Positions 51,823 to 60,516 of a stretch of 64,000 bases of DNA are shown in pieces. The notes beneath the pieces are model-generated. The model was not told the DNA's origin. It made no database searches and saw only the letters and a program-made list of their open reading frames with translations. The position numbers and the translations under genes were made by a program. Each line of letters starts with the position of its first letter. The first letter of the stretch is position 1. The stretch spans positions 1,922,001 to 1,986,000 of the forward strand of contig CAKKNE010000002.1 of assembly GCA_918797485.1 (NCBI GenBank). Direction: 5' to 3'. The stretch is from Pelagomonas calceolata (Eukaryota).

Positions 51823-52542
51823 TTAAAGCCGCTGCGTCGACTCGGGATTCCCCGCCACTAATGGCAGCTCGGTGCCCGCGGGGATCGTCAGGTCCATCGG
51901 TTGTGACAGAGGGCGCGCGACGACAGGCTGCCGCGCGGCGAGCGACAGCAGCGTCATGCCGTTGCCGCCGCCGCGCGTGAATAACGGCGCCGGCGCGACC
52001 GACGACGTGTCGGACGCGGCGTCGTCGACGTCCGCCATCGGTTGGGGCGGCGGCGGCGCGGCCGCGACGACGACGCGGCCGCTGTCGTCGCGCGACACGC
52101 GCGACGCCAGGATTGGATCGATAGACTTTAACACACTTTCGTGGGTCTCGCACAACCGATTCTGTGATGCCAATTCTTCCTCGAGCAATTTGACGCGGTC
52201 CCGTCTCTTTTCATACCGCCGCCTTTCTAGAATTTCCGCCTTCTTCAGTCGCTCGTGCCCCTTTTCGAGCGTCGCCTTGCGCGACGCGAGGACGTGCTGG
52301 GCGTAGAGCAAATACTGGGCCGCGAGCTGGCTCGTGCGCAAGGCTTTCATTTCGAGTTGACTCCGCTCCGACTCGTAGTCCACAAAGCCATCATCAATAT
52401 CCCCCACGCACACGTCGGCCAAGAACTCCCGCAATGCGACGACGTCTCCCAACTTCTCGAGGCGCCGCACATCTGTAGAAGCGACGCGCGGCCAGTCGAC
52501 GGGCGCCGTGCGCTCCTCGAAGGCGAACTTGGTCGCGGCCAT
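51823..52542 (-). CDS. Dzip1/Iguana-like N-terminal domain protein (probably first exon)
   Basis: FAFEERTAPVDWPRVASTDV...DVVALREFL...LRTSQLAAQYLLYAQ matches Dzip-like_N and is followed by a coiled coil. Confidence 0.72.
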   Translation of the reverse strand: MAATKFAFEERTAPVDWPRVASTDVRRLEKLGDVVALREFLADVCVGDIDDGFVDYESERSQLEMKALRTSQLAAQYLLYAQHVLASRKATLEKGHERLKKAEILERRRYEKRRDRVKLLEEELASQNRLCETHESVLKSIDPILASRVSRDDSGRVVVAAAPPPPQPMADVDDAASDTSSVAPAPLFTRGGGNGMTLLSLAARQPVVARPLSQPMDLTIPAGTELPLVAGNPESTQRL

Positions 52543-53056
52543 GGCGTACGGAAATGGGCTGGGTGGTGCTGCTCCTGGGTGCGGCTACTGGGCAGCCTGA
52601 AAGTGCGGCGCGTGGGCCAGGCTCCTGGGCAGCCTGGAATCGCTTCCTGGGCAGCCGAGCTTGGGGCAGCGTGGTGGTAGACCGACGCGCGCGTCGGTGG
52701 CGGACTGTTCGGCAAGCCGAGGCTCGCTCTGGTGTCGTTTGGGCGGTATTTGGTCGCAAACCGACGACAACTACGACAAACCGGCTGGCAGACCCGCGGC
52801 CGTGGACGCGTGCGCGGAGCGCTCCGGGGCGACCCAACATGAGCATAGGGGTGTTTCGGCCGCGCAACGACACTTCGATTCTGACGTGATGGCGACGTGT
52901 CACCTTTCAAACGTAGCTCTGCTCTTTTGCTCAACTCAACAGGGCGCTAAAAAAATTCAGTTGTACGCCCCCGGACGGCGCGCGCGGCCAGGCCACCGCC
53001 CTCGTAGGGTCCTTGGGCCTCGACCAGAGAAGGGGCAGCCCCGGGAGGCGTCCACG

Positions 53057-53797
53057 ATGCGCCGCGCACCGAGTTTGGCAAGTCCACCACCCGCGCTCCG
53101 CCTGCCGCGCGCGCGCGACCGCGCTGCCCCACCTACGGTCTCGTCGGCCCGCGAGCGGAGCCCGGCGCGCCTCGACACGATGGGAGAGCCCCGGGCGGCG
53201 CGGTTGGCGCGCGAGGCGGCGCGCCGCAAGAGCGCGCCCGAGACGCTGGCGGCCCTGCGCCTGCCCCAGGCGGCGCCGACCACGCTGGCGCCGGTGCGGC
53301 ACCAGCCCAAGCTGCCTTCCCGTAATTTCGCGCCGAACACGCTCAGCCCCATGGCCTGCGCAGCGCCCGGCGAGCTCTTCGCCTGCTCTGCACCATCGCC
53401 GTCTTCGGTGGCGTCGCCGCCGGCAGCGCACGTCGCCGCGCAGCGGCCGTCGAGCGCGCGGCCGGGCCACCGCGGCGGCGGGCGGCGGTCGGACCGGTCG
53501 CGGTCGGACCGATCGCCGTCGGGTGGCGGCGCGCGGCCCCGGTCCGCGCCGCGCGGCGGCCGGCGGCGCAGCGACACGGACTTGATTTTTGTGGATGACG
53601 CCCGCCGGCCCTCCTGGGCCGAAGCCATGTTGGAGGCGCGACGGTCGCCGCGCGCCGTCGCGCCGCCGCCCGAGAGGGCGCCGCGCCGGCTCGGGCCGCT
53701 CGAGCCCCTCTACCCCAACCCCGCGCGGACAGCGCGGCCCTCAACCCCGGAGAAGCTCGTGCTCCGGCGCCCGCGTCAACTGGCGGCCGTCTACTAG
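53057..53797 (+). CDS. Hypothetical Pro/Arg-rich protein
   Basis: ATG ORF filling an otherwise empty gap. Low complexity and no recognisable domain. Confidence 0.35.
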   Translation: MRRAPSLASPPPALRLPRARDRAAPPTVSSARERSPARLDTMGEPRAARLAREAARRKSAPETLAALRLPQAAPTTLAPVRHQPKLPSRNFAPNTLSPMACAAPGELFACSAPSPSSVASPPAAHVAAQRPSSARPGHRGGGRRSDRSRSDRSPSGGGARPRSAPRGGRRRSDTDLIFVDDARRPSWAEAMLEARRSPRAVAPPPERAPRRLGPLEPLYPNPARTARPSTPEKLVLRRPRQLAAVY

Positions 53798-54020
53798 GAC
53801 GCGCCGCGGCCAATTCACAGAAGACCCCCTTGGAACCATCCCCCGGCCTTAAGCAACGAGCCATCTATGGTCTGTTTGTGGTTGCGAAAACCCGGCGCGC
53901 GCCGATCCTAAGTTTCGAGCGGCTCGAGTCGCTCGCGCGCGCGCGCGCGCGCGGCAGGGGCAGCCGATCCTGAGCTCGAACGCTCGAGCGCCACCGCGCC
54001 GGGGCTGCCCACGGGCAGCG

Positions 54021-55490
54021 ATGGCGGGCATCTCTGAGGATCCGCAGGGGCCGGCACTGCGGCTGGTCCTGGCGGCGGCGGTCATCTTGATCGTCCTGCG
54101 GGACTCCCTGCTGGAGGACCCGAACCGCCTCCTTTGCGCGGCCGTGGCGTCCGTTCTGGTGGTCGAGTGGGTCGGCTGCGGGCGGCGCTGGTACGCCTGG
54201 CTCTGCGGCTCCGGCCTCGCGAAGTACTGCGCCGCGACCAGACGCGCGTTTCCCTGCGACCGCCGCGGCTTCGGCGACGACCACGACCGGTTGTGGGGCT
54301 GCGTGCCGGTGCCGGCCGTGCCGGTGGCGGGCATGGACGCTCTGCTCTTCTTCATCGCAGCGCCGCTATTCCTCTTCCCGCATTCGCAAGCGGCGCGCGC
54401 GCTGGCCGCGGGCGCCGCCCACGTATACGTCACGAACCTCCAGACGCACAAGACGGGCGGACAGCACGGCATCCTCGTGCTGCACGTGCTCGCGCTGCAG
54501 GCGCTGCGGTCGGAGGGTGAGGGCGCGCTGTGCCTCCTCTGCACGCGGGCCGTCGTGCTGAGCCTCTACTTCGGGGCGGCCCTGTCCAAGCTCAAGGTGA
54601 GCGGCCCGCGCTGGTGCGACGGCGGCACGCTCCAGAAGGAGCTCTTCGAGAGCACGTTCCTCGTGCCCGGCGCGCCCTGGCAGCTCCGGGCGACGCGCGC
54701 CGTGGCCCGCGACCGGGCCCTGTGCCGCGTCGCGTCGACGGCGACCGTCGCCGTCGAGTTCTTCGCGCCCCTCTTGATGCTTATGTTTCCGGGCTTCCCG
54801 TTCGAGTGGCTCTACGTGCCCGTGCACGTGGCCATCTACGTGCTCATGGGCGTCGACTTTGTTACCTGGTGGGTGCCCGTCCTGCTCCTGTTGGGCCTTT
54901 TCGCCCGCGAGCCCCCGCCCGCGTCCCTGTCGTCTAGCCCCGCGATGCCCCTCTACGCGCTCGTGCAGCTCGTGATTTCTCTCGCGAGCGCGGACCTTCG
55001 GGGCGTGAAGTGCTTCCCCTTCACGTGCTGCCCGATGTTCTGCGACCGCAAGGAGCTATTTGGAGAAGGGGGCGGCACGTGGACGCTCACCGACGCGCCG
55101 CTCCCGGGCCTGCTGACGCCCTGGTACCCGCCCTCGTACATCCAGGGCAAATTTACGGCGAGCGAGCTGCCCCGGCTCCCCTACCGCTACGCGAGCTTCT
55201 CCTTCGGCGCCGGCGACGCGCTCGCGCTGACGCGGCTCCGGCCGAAGCGCGAGCGGCCGCGCGACGGGCACGAGACGTTCGCAAATTTCGAGGTCACCGG
55301 ATGCCTCCGGGACCGCCTCCGGGACGGCGCGGCCTTCGTCCGGCGCGGCGACGCGGGCTGGGCCTGGGACCGCGGCCGCATGGACGAGCTCCTGGCGCAC
55401 CAGAGCGCCATCCAGGACGCGATGCGCGCCGCGTGCGCGGGCGAGGACGCCGACGCCGTGCGGCCGCCCCCGAGCAACCCCGGCGGGTAA
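54021..55490 (+). CDS. Multi-pass membrane protein, HTTM-domain-like
   Basis: VVLSLYFGAALSKL...WCDGGTL, VAVE and HVAIYVLMGVDF resemble HTTM motifs. Confidence 0.6.
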   Translation: MAGISEDPQGPALRLVLAAAVILIVLRDSLLEDPNRLLCAAVASVLVVEWVGCGRRWYAWLCGSGLAKYCAATRRAFPCDRRGFGDDHDRLWGCVPVPAVPVAGMDALLFFIAAPLFLFPHSQAARALAAGAAHVYVTNLQTHKTGGQHGILVLHVLALQALRSEGEGALCLLCTRAVVLSLYFGAALSKLKVSGPRWCDGGTLQKELFESTFLVPGAPWQLRATRAVARDRALCRVASTATVAVEFFAPLLMLMFPGFPFEWLYVPVHVAIYVLMGVDFVTWWVPVLLLLGLFAREPPPASLSSSPAMPLYALVQLVISLASADLRGVKCFPFTCCPMFCDRKELFGEGGGTWTLTDAPLPGLLTPWYPPSYIQGKFTASELPRLPYRYASFSFGAGDALALTRLRPKRERPRDGHETFANFEVTGCLRDRLRDGAAFVRRGDAGWAWDRGRMDELLAHQSAIQDAMRAACAGEDADAVRPPPSNPGG

Positions 55491-55507
55491 TGTTTCCAAG
55501 TTTTATT

Positions 55508-56539
55508 TTATGCCTCGTCGGGCCGCCGCCGCGCCCCGGACAGCAGGGGCCGCGACGGCTCCTCCGAGTCCTCGCCGGACTCCTTCCAGTTGCCGTAGAT
55601 GGCCACGAGCACGGCGCACACGATGAGGCCGGCGCCGAGGGCCTGCTCCCACGTCGGCGGCTCGTCGCGCACGGTGCACTGGTACACGTACGCCCAGAAG
55701 ATGTCCGTGATCTGCAATACGGAGCCGACGTGCGCGGGCAGCTCCTGCGTCGTCAGGATGAACCCGAACTGCGCAAAGACGAGGAGCACGGCCTGGCCGA
55801 CGAGGCAGGCCCAGACGGTCGCGTTCAGCGGGTCCACGATGCGCCACTCGGGCAGCGCAAAGCTCAGGACGAGCGCCGCGAGCATGGTCATGGCCCCCGC
55901 GGCGAACATCACGTTGCCCAGCGGCGTCCCCCGCGTCATCCGGCCGACGGGGTACTGCAGCCCGAAGGTCAACGACGCGCTCAGCGCGCAGGTATAGCCA
56001 AGCGTCGTGATGGAGTCGGCGTCGTCGGTCGTCCCAAAAATGAACGTGGGCTGCGTCAGCGTCGTCGCGCCGGCGAGCGCAAGTAATAATGCAACCGGGA
56101 ATATCAATGGTAGTCTCTCCCCGAGAAAGACGCGCGAGAAGAAGGGGCCCGTGATCGGGTAGAGCGACGTCAGGACCACGGCGTCGCCGAGCGGCAGCTG
56201 CGTCAGCGCCGTGAAGTACAACATAATATTCGCCGCGGTGATGGCACCCCGCAGCCAGGCCCAGAGCTGCTGCCTCTCGCGTGGGAAGTACTCGCGCTCG
56301 CCCCGCAGGAGGAGGATCGCGGTCAAAATTTGCAGCATGCCCCGCGCGAGCGTGAACTCGCCGACGGGCAGAGAACCGTCAGCCGAACCGATCTGCACGA
56401 GCAGCCCGGCGCTCGCGTAGGTGAAGGCGGACAGGAGGCACACCACGAGCAGGAGGGTCTGCGACGCGTCCCGCGGCGCGCAGGTCAGCACGGCGAACGT
56501 CTCCGCCAGGCGGGCGCCGTCGCACGAGCAGGCGTCCAT
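55508..56539 (-). CDS. EamA/DMT transporter (SLC35G-like)
   Basis: LYFTALTQLPLGDAVVL...P...FLGERL, TQPTFIFG, P.WEQALGAGLI and about 10 TM helices. Confidence 0.85.
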   Translation of the reverse strand: MDACSCDGARLAETFAVLTCAPRDASQTLLLVVCLLSAFTYASAGLLVQIGSADGSLPVGEFTLARGMLQILTAILLLRGEREYFPRERQQLWAWLRGAITAANIMLYFTALTQLPLGDAVVLTSLYPITGPFFSRVFLGERLPLIFPVALLLALAGATTLTQPTFIFGTTDDADSITTLGYTCALSASLTFGLQYPVGRMTRGTPLGNVMFAAGAMTMLAALVLSFALPEWRIVDPLNATVWACLVGQAVLLVFAQFGFILTTQELPAHVGSVLQITDIFWAYVYQCTVRDEPPTWEQALGAGLIVCAVLVAIYGNWKESGEDSEEPSRPLLSGARRRPDEA

Positions 56540-56645
56540 TATTCCTTTTTTTTTTTTTTTGCCTGTGCGCCTGTGCTGCACGCGGCAGCACACGCGGGTA
56601 TCCTCCAGCAGCCGGGAGCTGCCTCTTGTCCAGCTGCCTGGGCTG

Positions 56646-56736
56646 CCCCGCTACGTATCGCTCGCTCCCCGCTACGTATCGCTCGACTGCGTACTTGTTT
56701 TGCAAGTGTCGTTCGACCGCGCACTTGTTTTGCAAG
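56646..56736. repeat. Two adjacent short direct repeats upstream of the DMT gene
   Basis: CCCCGCTACGTATCGCTCG x2 (56646, 56667), then TCGACYGCGYACTTGTTTTGCAAG x2 (56683, 56713). Confidence 0.75.
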
Positions 56737-57013
56737 CAATCGTACGCTGCCCTAGCGTCGAGGATCGCGAGGACATGCGAAGATTTTCCATTTCACGGGT
56801 TTTAGGAGCGGACGGACCCGTAAAATGGGCGCTGTCCGATCATGGCACTGTTCAATGGACGAATGTACTGCGTGCGGGACAGTGGCGGCCGTTCGACTCG
56901 GACTCGAGTCGAGGCCGCAGGCGACTCCGAGTCGAGCACTACCAAGACCACTGGCAGCCAGACGCCATCGACGCGCAAGACTCCGGGAATCTACTTACGT
57001 ACAAAGGGACCGC

Positions 57014-57739
57014 CTAGTCCTCCTCCGACGGCGTGAACTTGGCCATGAGCTCCTTCTCGACGTTCGGCGGCACGAAGTCGTACGAGGCCAATTTCATCGA
57101 ATAGGACGCGCGGCCCTTGGAGATGGAGCGCAGCGTCGAGACGTACTGGAACATGTTCGCGAGCGGCACGGACGCGCGGATCGTCTTCGCGTTGCCGCGC
57201 TCGCCCAGATCACCGACGAGCCCTCTTCTCGAGTTGATGTCCCCGATGACATCGCCCATGTAGTCCTCGGGCGTCGTCACGTCGACCTGCATCATGGGCT
57301 CCATCAATCGGACCTTGCCCTTGCGCAGGCCCTCGCGGCAGCAGCCGCGGCCCGCGATCTCGAACGCGAGGACGGAAGAGTCGACGTCGTGGAACGCGCC
57401 GTCGACGAGCGTCGCCTTCATGCCCAGGACGGGGTAGCCCGCCAACACGCCCGTCTTCAGGACGTCCTCGATGCCCTTCTGGACGCCCGGAATGTACTCC
57501 TTGGGCACGGCACCGCCCTTAATTTCCGAGGCGAACACAAAGTCCGCACTTTCTTCGCCATCGAGCGGCTCGAACTGGACCTTGCATCTAGCGTACTGGC
57601 CCGAACCACCCGACTGTTTCTTGTGCGTGAAGTCGACCTCGGCCGGCGCCGTGATGGCCTCGCGGTAGGACACCTGAGGAGCCCCAACATTAGCCTCGAC
57701 GCCGAACTCGCGCTGCAAGCGGTCCACGATGATCTCCAA

Positions 57740-57771
<32 letters not shown>

Positions 57772-58961
57772 GGGCGTTCTCCTCGTCGTACTTCGTGCGG
57801 AACGAGGGATCCTCCGCCGCCAGCCGCGCCAACGCCTCGCCCATCTTGTCCTGGTCCTTCTTGGACTTGGCTTCCACGGCCACGCTAATAACGGGCTCGG
57901 GGAAGTCCATCTTCTCGAGGATGACGGCGTTGTCCTTGTCGCAGAGCGTCTCGCCCGTGGTGGTCTGTTTCAGCCCCGCGACGGCGATGATGTCACCAGC
58001 CACCGCTGATTTAACCTCGGTTCTATCATTGGCGTGCATCTGGAGCATGCGGCCGACGCGTTCGCGCTGGCCCTTCACACTGTTGTAGACGCCGTCGCCC
58101 GCGTTGAGGATGCCCGAGTAGATGCGGCAGAACGTCAGCGTGCCCACAAACGGGTCCGTCATGATCTTGAAGGCCAGAGCCGAAAAGGGCTCCTCGTCAC
58201 TCGAGATGCGCTCCATGGCCGTCTCGCCGTCCAAGCTCGTACCCTTGATCGCTTCGACGTCATCAGGGGCCGGCATGTAGTCGACGACGGCATCCAACAA
58301 GGGCTGGACGCCCTTGTTCTTGAAGGCCGTGCCCGTTAACACGGGCACGAAGGCACCGCTCAGAGTACCGGTGCGGATGCACTTCTTGAGCGTCTCGGCG
58401 TCGGGCTCCTCGCCCTCCAAGTAGGCCATGAGCGCGTCTTCGTCCTGCTCGACGGCCAACTCGATCATCTCGGCGCGGTACTCCGCCGCCTTCTCCTTGA
58501 TGCTCTCGTCGATATCCGCGTCGGCGATGGGAACGCGGTCGAACTTCGCGCCCATCTCCTCGCCGGACCAGATGATGGCCTCGTTCGTCACCAGGTCGAC
58601 GACGCCCTCGAAGTCCGCTTCAGGGGGCGTAGGGGTGGTGGCGATCGGCACCTGCAAGACGGCAGGCACGGCACCGAGCTGGTCCTTGATCATCTCGACG
58701 CAGTTGTAGAAGTTCGCGCCCATGCGGTCCATCTTGTTGACGAAGCACATGCGGGGCACGCCATATTTATTACCCTGGCGCCAGACGGTCTCGGACTGCG
58801 GCTCGACGCCCGCGACGCCGTCGAAGACGGCCACGGCGCCGTCGAGGACTCTTAACGAACGTTCGACTTCGAGCGTGAAGTCGACGTGGCCCGGCGTGTC
58901 AATAATATTGATCTGGTGCTCGCGCCAGTAGCACGTCGTCGCGGCGGACGTAATAGTGATG

Positions 58962-58993
<32 letters not shown>

Positions 58994-59333
58994 GGTCGCG
59001 CCGCCCTCGTGGACCTCGCCGATCTTGTAGGACTTGCCCGTGTAGTAGAGGATGCGCTCGGTCGTCGTCGTCTTGCCTGCGCGACGAGTCGGTTTCGCGT
59101 CAACTTCAATTCTATTACAGTGTATGCATTGGACGCGGGCACGGACCGGCGTCGATGTGGGCCATAATACCAATGTTGCGGTAGTTGTGCATGTCGACCT
59201 GGCGGCCCGTAGTCTCTGACACTTTGACGTCGGGCTCAGCCCTGGCGGGCGCGACCTTCACGCCTCGACGCGCGGGCGCCTGCAGGCCATAGGCCGGCGC
59301 GAGCAGCGCGAGCGCTGCGATGAGCTTGGCCAT
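57014..59333 (-). CDS. fusA: Elongation factor G, plastid-targeted (2 exons: 59333-59147, 59076-57014; about 749 aa)
   Basis: [54 protein letters not shown]. 70-nt GT-AG intron. Bipartite leader [17 protein letters not shown]. Confidence 0.95.
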
Positions 59334-59720
59334 CGTGCTGTTCGTGTGCGCTCTCGCAAACACGCACTGCCTGCAATCGTGTTGGGCGTCTCGCTAGACG
59401 CAGCCAATAATCGTCCCAAAGCCTCCAAGATCGAGCCAGAGTCGTCCCGCGACCACTCCTCCGATGCACTGGTTGAGGCTTAGCGTGGGTTTCGAGACTC
59501 TAGGCTGCTCTCAAAGCCTGCGTGTTTTGCGTTTGAGGCCGCAAATATAGACATCGGCGCAGCCGATTCGGAGCAAGTGCAAGCGTAACGTGGTCCATTT
59601 CGCACATATACGGCAGCTGCAGAAGCATTGGTCTTAACGATACCACCTCGTGGAGCTAGCAGTCGAGGAAGCTGCAGGCACCACTCACAGCACCAAAAAG
59701 CGCAAGCGCTATATCTGGCC

Positions 59721-60179
59721 ATGACGCCGCCGCCGCGCCGACTCATCGCAGCACTGCTCTTGACTACCCGTGCTCTGGCGCTGGTTCCGCACTGCAGCCA
59801 GCGTCGTCGACCGGCGCCGTCCACCCGGCACGCATCCAGCGACGACGCCGCGGACGTTAATGACGCCAACGACGCCGACGACGACGAGGCCACGCTCTTC
59901 TCCAAACGCAAGGCCGCCGAAATAAAAATACCCGTCGAGGTCTATGACACGACGCCGCCGCAGAACTTGGTGGGAGTGTACCCGCTCTCGCCCACGGTCG
60001 GCTGCGGCGACATCCTGCGCGTCGAAAAAGAAGAAATCGAGGCCTACGTCATCAAGCGCGTCGAGTCGCGGAAGCGCTGGATGGACGGGAACTTCGTGCT
60101 CGACTCGATGCGCGCCGACGCGACGGAGGTGAATAGGGCGTCGCTCGAGAAGCGGCTGCGGAGAATGATGCCCGAGTAA
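59721..60179 (+). CDS. Hypothetical protein with bipartite (plastid-type) leader
   Basis: LIAALLLTTRALA-L followed by an Arg/Ser-rich stretch and a compact beta-rich domain. Confidence 0.6.
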   Translation: MTPPPRRLIAALLLTTRALALVPHCSQRRRPAPSTRHASSDDAADVNDANDADDDEATLFSKRKAAEIKIPVEVYDTTPPQNLVGVYPLSPTVGCGDILRVEKEEIEAYVIKRVESRKRWMDGNFVLDSMRADATEVNRASLEKRLRRMMPE

Positions 60180-60403
60180 TATGGTGTGTGTATTTTAGAC
60201 TCGGTGGCGCCACGTCGATGGCGTGGAGGGGGGCGCCGTGCATTGCGGGAGAAAAGCACCGGGGTCGGTCGCGAGAGACGTCGCGCGCCGAGCAATCGCG
60301 TGCGCCCCGGCGCATGCCAGGCCCGCCGGCTGCTTAGTTCCTAGTTCGCGGGGGTCTTGCCTCGCCCACCTAGTCCGATCGCGGGCGCTTTAGCTATACA
60401 GTG

Positions 60404-60426
60404 CTAGCGTATCAGACACACACTAG
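60404..60426. promoter_or_regulatory. CTAG bipartite intergenic element (CTAGCG-N11-CACTAG)
   Basis: Exact motif about 90 bp upstream of the ATG at 60517. Confidence 0.55.
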
Positions 60427-60516
60427 TTTGACAACGCTGAAAGTGCCGCTGCTCAACTCCGGACGCAGCCGTGAGGCAGCCCATCGACGCAGGAATGATG
60501 CGGTAACGCACCAAAC

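Noticed and set aside
59077..59146. fusA intron as an introner
   Set aside because: GT-AG intron with no family TIR, TSD or core motif. Treated as an ordinary intron.
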